Part shown: one piece after another, positions 18,635 through 27,305 of the stretch
Numbering within the stretch: position 1 is the first letter of the stretch
Layout: every line of letters begins with the position of its first letter
Assembly: GCA_045105515.1 (NCBI GenBank)
Contig: JBGCDR010000146.1
Span: forward strand, 1-39,656
DNA from: Oligoflexales bacterium
Lineage (GTDB): Bacteria > Bdellovibrionota_B > Oligoflexia > Oligoflexales > Bog-1112
Reading direction: 5' to 3'
Length of the DNA stretch: 39,656 nucleotides
The notes under the pieces: generated by a model
What the model saw: the letters and a program-made list of their open reading frames with translations, nothing else
Database searches by the model: none
What the model was told of the DNA's origin: nothing
Translations under genes and position numbers: made by a program

Positions 18635-19513
18635 CTAATTTTTTTTCTTTTGATTCAATAATTCATCAATACATTCATCTATGACTTCTTGCTTCGGGGC
18701 CATTTTTGAAATTTCTGATCCTGATGCTACTAAGTTTTCCCTTAGTTCCCAGCTAAGCACCAATCCTTTTTTTATTTGAACACTTGCTGTTGCTGCTAGC
18801 CTTGATATATCTTCATTGCCGTTTTCACTCTTTTCAATAATTCTATTTATATAATCGATTATGGCACCTAGAATTTTGATAGATTGGGTCGCTTCAATAA
18901 ATTCTGCACTTGAGTACACCTCAAATAATAATGATTTTATCTCCTCATATTCTTTATTAAGATTTTGGCATATTGATACACTTCCTGATCCAACCCCATC
19001 TAATAATGCTTCAATTTGATTGAATTTTTCTTGGTTGAAGAAATTTTCATACAATGACACGAATTTGGAAATGTCATTTACTTCAGGTTCGGCAGATGAG
19101 TTTGGGGAGCTTCCCTTAATCTCCATAACTTGGTTCTTATCATCATTAAAAAATCGATCGAATATATCGATTAACTTTTCCCAGCTTACATATTTTTTGG
19201 AAATTATAATCTCAGACAGTGTCTTATTCTTCTCTTCAACTACTTTTAAAATTTCATTTTCAAATTTTTCATTCCATATATTTAGAGATTTGCAAGCACC
19301 AATATAATTTGTTGAGTTTTCTGATAGAAATTTGAAAACTTCTAGTTGCTGATCAATATCCAGCAATTTATTATCATAAACAACTCTTGAGAGATGCGGT
19401 ATTGATTCTACTTTTTCTACCATACACTCTAAAAGATTATCTTTGGAAAGGAGATTATCCTTAAGCAACAGTTTACCTATATACTTCACAACTCCTCCTG
19501 GATTAACATCCAA
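18635..19513 (-). CDS. Hypothetical che-operon protein: N-terminal MshEN-like repeats plus Hpt-like helix bundle lacking His
   Basis: YIGKLLLKDNLLSKDNLLEC and TLSEIIISKKYVSWEKL resemble MshEN xLGxxLxxxGxIxxxxL. LFEVYSSAEFI sits where an Hpt has HxLKGxA. Tightly packed in the operon. Confidence 0.55.
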   Translation of the reverse strand: MDVNPGGVVKYIGKLLLKDNLLSKDNLLECMVEKVESIPHLSRVVYDNKLLDIDQQLEVFKFLSENSTNYIGACKSLNIWNEKFENEILKVVEEKNKTLSEIIISKKYVSWEKLIDIFDRFFNDDKNQVMEIKGSSPNSSAEPEVNDISKFVSLYENFFNQEKFNQIEALLDGVGSGSVSICQNLNKEYEEIKSLLFEVYSSAEFIEATQSIKILGAIIDYINRIIEKSENGNEDISRLAATASVQIKKGLVLSWELRENLVASGSEISKMAPKQEVIDECIDELLNQKKKN

Positions 19514-19514
19514 C

Positions 19515-22160
19515 TTAGGCTACATTTTTTCCGGAACTCACCCTTAGATGACTAAGCATTTTATCAACATCGAGAATATTTATAATTTTTTCGTTATAAA
19601 TAATACTTCCCTTGATATTTTCATCATCTGTTTCATTGCCTTGACAAGGTTCATCCGATCTAATTATATCCATAAACTCATTGACTTCGAGACCAAAAAA
19701 ACCTTCTGCCATTTTTAATACGATGAGTTTATAATTCTCATCTTTCTTAGCTCCAGTCCTAGGAAGCAAGGGCATCACTTTATGTCTGTAGTTTACTGCT
19801 TTTATCTTACCTTTATAGAATACTTTGCTTTCATCTATTTCTTCTAATCTATTGACCTTATCCAAAGGTATTCCATAAAAACCAGGGATACCAATATCTA
19901 TTAAAAGGTACTCATTTATTTTAGATTTTCCTGTCAACGATGTCTGATTTGCTCTATCAATATATTGTTGCCCTTGATCAAGATTTTGCATAAGATTATA
20001 GAGATTAGCAAGTCGCAAGACATCTAATGTTAAGGCTATTTTACCATCACCCATAATAGTGGCTCCAGAATAAATCGTAGATTTGGTCAAGAACTTTATC
20101 AAGGGTTTAATTACAATATCAGTAGAATTAATAATTTCATCGACAACCAAACCAAATCGGCAGTTTCCTGCCACCAAAACAACCAAATTTACAACTTCTA
20201 AGTGTTCAAAGTATTCTTTAGTAGATTGTTTACTACCTTCCAATACTTCATTCAAAAAGAGCAAGGGTAATATACGACCTCTTTGTTTGTATACTGGAGA
20301 GCCTCCTAACCAATCGATTTTTCCTTTATCCTCAGAAATATCAATTCTTGAAAGTTCAACAAGATTTGCTTGCGGTATAACAAACATATCTTCTTTAGCT
20401 TGAACTATAAGAGCGGGAAGTATCGTCAAGGTCAAAGGAAGTTTAAGAGTGTATTTTGTACCAGTGTTGAAAAATGATTCTATATCAATAGAACCACCAA
20501 ATTTTTCTAGTGACTCTTTAACAATATCGAGTCTGCAATCAGGACCACAATTCTTATAAAGAATTTTAGAAACACTAGATGCGAAAAGAAAATACAAAGT
20601 GGTCTTTTCATCTAAATGGCCTGCTTCTTGGGTAGTTACTAAATCTTCGCTAATTGCTATTTCCTTAATTTTATCTAGATTTTGTCCGCATCCATCATCA
20701 GCAACCGTGACAATAATCTGACCACCCTCTCGCCGCGCATTAACTGATATGATAGCTTTTTCTGGCTTATTGTTTTTTATTCGGCCACTTTGCGTTTCTA
20801 TACCAGTTAAAACAGCTATTTTAGCTAACTGACAAATTGGCTCTTCTATGGACTCTAAGATAGTTTTGTCAACCTCGGTGTGTTGACCACTAATATCCAG
20901 ACGTACCGCTTTGTCACTTTTTCTTGAATAATCCCTCACACTACGCTTCAATTTAGAAAAAACTAAATTGATCGGCTGAAGCCTGGTTTTCAGTATTTCA
21001 TTTTGTAGTTTATTGGTTAAAACATTAAGGTTTTGACTCAGAAATGAGTAAACATCGCCATACTCACTGTTTTGACTATTTAACTGAAGTAATTGGTTAC
21101 GAATTAAAATTAACTCACCAATTAAATTCATTAGGTTATTTAAGATACTTACCGGAACTCTTACCGTATCACTAACTTGATCATGCCCTGTCTCAACTCC
21201 CATTTCCGGTTTACTGATGCTTGTTGTTTTTTGATTTTCATCAGAAGGATCTAATTTTTTGCTTTCTATCGCTTTACTGGGAGGATCTCCAAAAGAGCCA
21301 AATTTAATACCTTCAATCTCATCAAGTGATACTTTTTTCTTCTTAATTCCAGATTTTGATTGAGAATTATGTATCTTGGTTTCGCTCTTTTTTAGAGGTG
21401 CGCCAAAAGAACCAAATTTGACACCTTCAATCTCATCAAGTGATACTTTTTTCTTCTTAATTCCAGATTTTGATTTGGGCTTCTCTTCAATTTTGGTGTT
21501 TGATTTGCTTTCTATAATTCCACTAGACGTTTTTTTATCAGAGTATTCACTTGCAGGCTTTGGATTAATTTTCTGGATATCCTCAATTTTATCAACCTTA
21601 ACTTCAGTTGATTCTTCGGAGGTTTTTTCTTCAGATGCTTGTTGCTTTAAAGTAACACTTGATCTATTGTGATCCCTTATATATTTTACTTCGTAAAATG
21701 GATTTAAACTTAGCCCCTCTGGCGAATCAATAAAGTTCAAAGGTTCAAATTTTTCATATATTTCGGCAAATACTGAACAAGTAACTCTTATTGTTTCATT
21801 ATCAGCCTTTAAATATTCAGGTGTCAACTTGCTATGATCGTATAAAGACTCTAGCTTTTTCCTTATATATTCTATAGCAATTAAAATACGATCAAGCAGG
21901 TTTTTAGATAAATTAACTTTCCCTTTTCTTACACTATCTAGGCAGGTTTCTAGACCATGAGCAACGTTGCCAATATGATATATTCCATAAAGTTGAGAAC
22001 TTCCTTTAATCGTATGCATTGACCGATATATAGACTTATAAACTCCAGCTTGATCCTGGACATTATCTTTTTCTATTTCCAGAAATTCATCACAGACATT
22101 ATCAAGTAACTCTAAGGATTCCTCGATATATTCATTAATATATTTTTCTAGATTCTTCAT
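19515..22160 (-). CDS. cheA: CheA-like pseudokinase (intact Hpt, degenerate HATPase, two CheW domains)
   Basis: Hpt MHTIKGSS and P3 LNNLMNLIGELILIRNQL are intact. N box reads ICQLAKIAVLTGIE, F box FASSVSK, G2 GPDCRLDIVK. Confidence 0.9.
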   Translation of the reverse strand: MKNLEKYINEYIEESLELLDNVCDEFLEIEKDNVQDQAGVYKSIYRSMHTIKGSSQLYGIYHIGNVAHGLETCLDSVRKGKVNLSKNLLDRILIAIEYIRKKLESLYDHSKLTPEYLKADNETIRVTCSVFAEIYEKFEPLNFIDSPEGLSLNPFYEVKYIRDHNRSSVTLKQQASEEKTSEESTEVKVDKIEDIQKINPKPASEYSDKKTSSGIIESKSNTKIEEKPKSKSGIKKKKVSLDEIEGVKFGSFGAPLKKSETKIHNSQSKSGIKKKKVSLDEIEGIKFGSFGDPPSKAIESKKLDPSDENQKTTSISKPEMGVETGHDQVSDTVRVPVSILNNLMNLIGELILIRNQLLQLNSQNSEYGDVYSFLSQNLNVLTNKLQNEILKTRLQPINLVFSKLKRSVRDYSRKSDKAVRLDISGQHTEVDKTILESIEEPICQLAKIAVLTGIETQSGRIKNNKPEKAIISVNARREGGQIIVTVADDGCGQNLDKIKEIAISEDLVTTQEAGHLDEKTTLYFLFASSVSKILYKNCGPDCRLDIVKESLEKFGGSIDIESFFNTGTKYTLKLPLTLTILPALIVQAKEDMFVIPQANLVELSRIDISEDKGKIDWLGGSPVYKQRGRILPLLFLNEVLEGSKQSTKEYFEHLEVVNLVVLVAGNCRFGLVVDEIINSTDIVIKPLIKFLTKSTIYSGATIMGDGKIALTLDVLRLANLYNLMQNLDQGQQYIDRANQTSLTGKSKINEYLLIDIGIPGFYGIPLDKVNRLEEIDESKVFYKGKIKAVNYRHKVMPLLPRTGAKKDENYKLIVLKMAEGFFGLEVNEFMDIIRSDEPCQGNETDDENIKGSIIYNEKIINILDVDKMLSHLRVSSGKNVA
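21289..21475 (-). repeat. Direct repeat, 2 x 73 bp (period 114 bp) in the CheA-like linker
   Basis: 21289-21361 and 21403-21475 differ at 3 positions; both encode SKSGIKKKKVSLDEIEG[VI]KFGSFG. Confidence 0.92.
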
Positions 22161-22173
22161 CAGGCTCTACACT

Positions 22174-23718
22174 CTATGAAATCCATATTTTTAATTTTTG
22201 ATCTTCATATTTTTCTTCAATCAGTATTTGCTTCACATAGCCGGAACGTTGTACTTTTCTCTTCAATTCACTAAATTCTATGCCTTTTTCTTCAATAATA
22301 CCCAAGTATTTTTCAGGTATAAGTTCTTCAATCATATCTACTACTCGGCAGGGCATTTGGAGATCTACCTTCTCCCTATTATTTTCGATAAGCTTAATAT
22401 TAAGGTATTTTGAAAAATCTTTAGAAGTATAATTCTTGACATCAAATTGAATATACTGATCTTTTTTCACCAGGACTTTTACTTTATCAGTGTAACAAGA
22501 TCTACTTTTAAAATTCTTGTATATTTGATAAAAGTTAATACTTACATTTAATTTTTCAAGCAGCATAAATAAGCCATTTACTGCTTTTAAAAATATAAAA
22601 AACCAAGGTGGTCCTGCAGCTCGAAACCACCATCGATCTTCCCCTAGGATGGAATTTAGTCTTTCTTTTAAATTCCATTCAGAAATCTTGTAGGGTCTAT
22701 CAGCTGAAAATGGCTCTAACAATAAGCTAATCACAGCAGGTAATAGATGGGCAATATACTTTAGTTTGCTACCATCAAAACCAAGGCTAATTAAATAATC
22801 AAAAGGCGAGAGTGTTTCTTCCTCTACTACGTTTTTAAGGAAAGACCACATTACAGCTGCATGATTGTCGTCAAGCACCAGGGTGGCACCAAAATCATAC
22901 AAGATGATCGCATCAAATTTCCCAGCTGTATTCAACTTAAAACTGATGTTTCCAAAGTTAAAATCAGTCTGAAAACACCTTAAGCCAAAGAGCATTTCAA
23001 AAAAAACTGTTATCAAATTTGATGCAGCTTTTATTTTTTCAGATTTATCCTTCAAAACAAAGGAATCAACTGATATTCCTTCGACCCAATCTTGCAAAAG
23101 AATAGTCTTATTACAATTTGCCGTATATATTTTAGGAACAATGGCTCTAGTATAGTGATTATTAAAATGATCAAAAAATATTTTTTGTTTCTTTGCTTCC
23201 CTCACATAGTCTATTTCGCTTTTCAAAAGTTCTTCAAATAAGTTTCTATAATTTTCTGCCTCAAAGTTTTTCTTATGAAAAAATGGAATAAATTTATAAA
23301 ATTTAAAAAGTTTGTTTATTTGCTGGTCTATGACTTTAGCAATCCCGGGATACTGAATTTTGACAGCATATTCAACACCATTTTTTAATTCCAGCTTATG
23401 CACCTGTCCAACAGAAGCTGAATGAGCTTTTCGATCAAGATTTTTTATTACTCCAATTAACTGGGGTATCTGAGTATGAATAAGATCAAGTACTTCTTCA
23501 TAAGGTATCTCGTAAATAGTTGTGCCATTATTTGAAGATAATGAATCTTCTTCTAGCTTATCGCCTATAAACTGACTAATTTTAGTGCTAATCCCGGGAA
23601 AAGAACCAAGCCATTCCTTAAGAAATTTTATGCTTTTCTCTTTATTGGTTAAACGATAATTAAGAAATTTCACCGTATTTGTGATGGAATTCGAAACTAA
23701 TACTTGGGGTTTTATCAT
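22174..23718 (-). CDS. ABC1/UbiB/Coq8-family atypical protein kinase-like
   Basis: KISQ (KxGQ-like), SASVGQVH, AVKIQYPGI, EIDYVREA, QTDFNFGN catalytic loop, YDFG; 4-bp ATGA overlap with cheB. Confidence 0.9.
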   Translation of the reverse strand: MIKPQVLVSNSITNTVKFLNYRLTNKEKSIKFLKEWLGSFPGISTKISQFIGDKLEEDSLSSNNGTTIYEIPYEEVLDLIHTQIPQLIGVIKNLDRKAHSASVGQVHKLELKNGVEYAVKIQYPGIAKVIDQQINKLFKFYKFIPFFHKKNFEAENYRNLFEELLKSEIDYVREAKKQKIFFDHFNNHYTRAIVPKIYTANCNKTILLQDWVEGISVDSFVLKDKSEKIKAASNLITVFFEMLFGLRCFQTDFNFGNISFKLNTAGKFDAIILYDFGATLVLDDNHAAVMWSFLKNVVEEETLSPFDYLISLGFDGSKLKYIAHLLPAVISLLLEPFSADRPYKISEWNLKERLNSILGEDRWWFRAAGPPWFFIFLKAVNGLFMLLEKLNVSINFYQIYKNFKSRSCYTDKVKVLVKKDQYIQFDVKNYTSKDFSKYLNIKLIENNREKVDLQMPCRVVDMIEELIPEKYLGIIEEKGIEFSELKRKVQRSGYVKQILIEEKYEDQKLKIWIS

Positions 23719-24830
23719 TTTTTCTCCCCATAATGGCTATAGCTAAGAATAAGTTCTCGGCAATTCGATAAAGATTTCACTGCATCATAGGCATTTTCTT
23801 CATATACTGCCCCTGGCATACCCCAAACTGTAGATGAATCCTCATCTTGGATAACAATTCCACCACCACCATTTTTTATTGCAATCGCACCATCGCAACC
23901 ATCACTTCCCATTCCCGTGAGTACAAACCCCATTAAATAGTTTTTGTAAATCTGAGAACTACTTTCAAATGTGTAGTCAGCTGCCGGAATAACAAAGTTT
24001 CTTCGAGCTTCTTGGTTTAGACTGATTTTACACTTTTCACTTTCAGAAACTACGTTCATATGATAGCCACCCGGAGCCAAATAAACCATTCCTGGTTCTA
24101 CTAAATCTCCATCCGATGCTTCGACAACATTATTCTCTGTAACTCGATCTAGCCTATTTGCCAGCTGTGAGGTAAACATTGGTGGCATATGCTGAGCGAT
24201 AAATATGGGAAAAGAAAACTTTGGTAGACCATCAAACAACTCTTCTAAAGCAGCTGGTCCACCTGTAGAACAGGCGATGACTATGGCCTTAGGTTTAAAT
24301 ATATCAAGCTTGACCTTAACCCAGGAAGACTCATCTTTTTTTACCTTATGTTCCGAGGTATCTGCATTATAGCGGTAACGAGGTGCTTTTCCCTTGGCTA
24401 TAGTAGGTGAGGGATCTGCAGGGGCTCGTTTTTTAATAAACTGCATTAATTTTGGCACTAATTCAGAGGCAACCTGATCACGAACTTCTTCCATAGAACC
24501 GCTTGAACCTGCAGGCTTTAAGGCAAAATCATCTGCCCCTAATTCTAAGGCATTCAGGGCATGACTTGCTCCACTCATGCTATTGGAAGTGAATACGACA
24601 ATCTTAGGGCGGATATCAAGTTTTTTAATTTCTTTGATCGTGGATTCACCATCTAATACCGGCATTTCTAAGTCTATGATCATTAAATCGATATCATAAT
24701 GGTCAAGTTTTTTGAGCGCAATCTTTCCATTAGACGCTGAAGAAACTACCTGGAATTCAGGTAGTTCTTCCAGCACCTCAGAGATTTTCCGGCGAAACAC
24801 TACAGAATCGTCAACAATGAGTACTTTCAT
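23715..24830 (-). CDS. cheB: Chemotaxis methylesterase CheB (REC plus esterase)
   Basis: IVDDS, IDLEMP, CSTGGP, QHMP, LTGMGSDG, QDEDSSTVWGMP. Confidence 0.97.
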   Translation of the reverse strand: MKVLIVDDSVVFRRKISEVLEELPEFQVVSSASNGKIALKKLDHYDIDLMIIDLEMPVLDGESTIKEIKKLDIRPKIVVFTSNSMSGASHALNALELGADDFALKPAGSSGSMEEVRDQVASELVPKLMQFIKKRAPADPSPTIAKGKAPRYRYNADTSEHKVKKDESSWVKVKLDIFKPKAIVIACSTGGPAALEELFDGLPKFSFPIFIAQHMPPMFTSQLANRLDRVTENNVVEASDGDLVEPGMVYLAPGGYHMNVVSESEKCKISLNQEARRNFVIPAADYTFESSSQIYKNYLMGFVLTGMGSDGCDGAIAIKNGGGGIVIQDEDSSTVWGMPGAVYEENAYDAVKSLSNCRELILSYSHYGEKK

Positions 24831-24859
24831 AATTTTATCTTTCCCAAGTTCCTACTCGC

Positions 24860-26788
24860 TCAAAGATCCATATTCTTGACTAAGGTATTTAGCTGTTCAG
24901 CAAGGCTACTTAGTGAACGACTCGCTTCTAATATTTGGTTTGCTCCAGAGCTGGTTTCAGATGCAGCCTTAGAAACATTTTTAATGTTGTCCGCAATAGC
25001 TTGAACACCCTTGTTAGATTCATCAACAACTCTGGTTACTTCCAGAGAGGTAGCAGCTTGTTCTTCAATCGAAGCAGCAATTGAACCAGAAATATCGTTA
25101 AGTTTTTTAATACTTTCGCTAATAGCACCTATTGCGGTGACTGTTTGCTCAGTATCACTTTGGATCGCTCCTATTTTTGAAGTAATTTCCTCGGTAGCAG
25201 TTGCTGTTTGCTTGGCTAATTCTTTAACCTCATTGGCTACGACTGCAAATCCTCTTCCTGCATCACCAGCTCTTGCGGCTTCAATAGTAGCATTTAACGC
25301 AAGAAGGTTAGTTTGCTGAGCAATCGAGCTGATAACCTTAATAACCTTACCTATTTGATTGCTACTTTCCCCAAGCTTCATGATCTTAACATTGGTTTCA
25401 TCAGCTTGGGATTTGGTTGCATTCGACATTTTTGATGCCTGAGAAGAATTATTAGAAATTTCTTTAATTGCAGCTTGCATTTCTTCCATGTTTGTAGCTA
25501 CAGCATCAAAACCTTTTGACACTTCCTCTGAAGCGGATGCCGCGTTGGTAGACTGAGCAGAGGTTTCTTCAGAATTTGCTGTCATTTGCGTAGAGGTAGC
25601 ATTCATTTCTTCGGCTGCCGCAGACAATGAACTTGCTGCTTCTTTAATATTAGAAACGAGAGCAATTTTTTCAGTAATCACTTCCCAAGTAACCATTGCT
25701 CCTAAATACTCTTGATTTGCGTCATAGGTGGCATTTACCCTTAGCTGCAGGGTATCTTGCCCAACCTTTATCCTTGCGGTATGAGGTAGATTACGCGGAT
25801 CTGAGAGAATTTTTCTTTGAACATCTGGGTTTTTGTGGAATATATCTATTTTTTCACCAATCAACTTGTCAACTGGCTTTGGTAATTCTCGTTCTATGGT
25901 TTTTAAGGTTTCGTAAGATGCTGGATTCATAAACACTAGATTGTAATCTAAATCTGCCATCAATATATTAATTGGTGCATTTTCAATCATTGACTGAATT
26001 CTAGCTAGCTCGTTTTCTTTTTCTAATTTTTCAGTAATGATTTCCCAGGTCACCATCGGGCCTATGTATTTATTGTCTTTGTCGTAAACTGCCGAAACAA
26101 GTAAATCCAACTTTTCTGGGCCTACACCGATTTCAGCACGATGGGGAAGGTTTCTATCATCTCTTACTATGCTTCTTTGAATTTCTGGCTTGCGATGAAA
26201 GATATCTATTTTTTCTCCAAGTAGCTGATCAACAGGCCTTGGGAGATATTTCTCTAAAGTTTTCAGAGTCTCACGAGAAGCAGGATTCATATAGACAAGG
26301 GTAAAATCCGTATCAGCAAGCAAGATATTTATAGGGGCGTTTTCTAACATGGAGTTATAACGTGCTGCTTGATTATCAACTTTGACTTTCTCAGTAATGA
26401 TTTCCCAAGTTAACATCGGGCCCACGTAATCGCCTACTTTGTTGTAAATAGGAGAAATCAATAAATCTAAGATTTCATCTCCCAGCTCAATTTTAGCTCG
26501 ATGCGGCAAGTTCCGCGGATCTTTTAGCAGATTTCGCTGATGTGAAGGATTTTTATGAAACACATCAATGCTTGATCCAATTACTTTGTCAGCTGGAATA
26601 GGTAAGACCTTTTCAAGTTTACGTAAGGTATTGTAGCTAGATTCATTTAAATACTTAATCTCAAAATTAAGATCACAATACATGATGTTAATAGGTGAAC
26701 TGTCATTAAAAGCACGAAACTCTTCAGATGAAATCTCCGAATCCTCGCTTTGAAGTAACCTTGCTGCATTTGAAGCCATAACAATCAC
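24860..26788 (-). CDS. Soluble methyl-accepting chemoreceptor with three Aer2-type PAS domains
   Basis: Three repeats with IDxFHxxP and TWE[IV]IT; no TM segment; signalling hairpin [37 protein letters not shown]. Confidence 0.93.
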   Translation of the reverse strand: MIVMASNAARLLQSEDSEISSEEFRAFNDSSPINIMYCDLNFEIKYLNESSYNTLRKLEKVLPIPADKVIGSSIDVFHKNPSHQRNLLKDPRNLPHRAKIELGDEILDLLISPIYNKVGDYVGPMLTWEIITEKVKVDNQAARYNSMLENAPINILLADTDFTLVYMNPASRETLKTLEKYLPRPVDQLLGEKIDIFHRKPEIQRSIVRDDRNLPHRAEIGVGPEKLDLLVSAVYDKDNKYIGPMVTWEIITEKLEKENELARIQSMIENAPINILMADLDYNLVFMNPASYETLKTIERELPKPVDKLIGEKIDIFHKNPDVQRKILSDPRNLPHTARIKVGQDTLQLRVNATYDANQEYLGAMVTWEVITEKIALVSNIKEAASSLSAAAEEMNATSTQMTANSEETSAQSTNAASASEEVSKGFDAVATNMEEMQAAIKEISNNSSQASKMSNATKSQADETNVKIMKLGESSNQIGKVIKVISSIAQQTNLLALNATIEAARAGDAGRGFAVVANEVKELAKQTATATEEITSKIGAIQSDTEQTVTAIGAISESIKKLNDISGSIAASIEEQAATSLEVTRVVDESNKGVQAIADNIKNVSKAASETSSGANQILEASRSLSSLAEQLNTLVKNMDL

Positions 26789-26791
26789 CCT

Positions 26792-27289
26792 TTATTTTAG
26801 TTCATTTAAATAATTAACTATTTTCTGTAAATCGATGATACTGAGTAGTGAAGAATTATTAACCTTGTAAACTCCCACCATAAATCTCTTGATAGAGTTA
26901 GGGATCGTTTGAGGAGTCTGCTCAAAGTCACTTGCTTCAACACTAAATACATCACCAATCTCATCAACTAATAAAGACACCAAATTATCCTCGTACTGAC
27001 AGACCACATTCATATATTCTGAATTTTCACTAGTGCCTGTTTGTGAGCTTATCCCAAGCAATTCACGCATTCCAATTGCCGTAGTCACTTGCCCTCTAAG
27101 GTTTATGAGTCCTTTGATACATTCCGGCACCAAAGGGATCTTAGTAAGAGGCATAGGCTTTACAATTTCCTGCACTTGAGTAACTTCAATCCCATAGATC
27201 TGATCCGCAACATAAAAAGTCGAATATTGAGTGCTATGAGTTGATTGAGTATTTTGAGCAGCCCGGCTATTTTGTACTTCTTGAGTCAT
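26792..27289 (-). CDS. cheW: Coupling protein CheW
   Basis: VQEIV, GLINLRGQV, LLVDEIGDV; GAGG RBS favours ATG 27289 (track start 27316). Confidence 0.95.
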   Translation of the reverse strand: MTQEVQNSRAAQNTQSTHSTQYSTFYVADQIYGIEVTQVQEIVKPMPLTKIPLVPECIKGLINLRGQVTTAIGMRELLGISSQTGTSENSEYMNVVCQYEDNLVSLLVDEIGDVFSVEASDFEQTPQTIPNSIKRFMVGVYKVNNSSLLSIIDLQKIVNYLNELK

Positions 27290-27305
27290 CTTGATCCTCT
27301 TTTCA

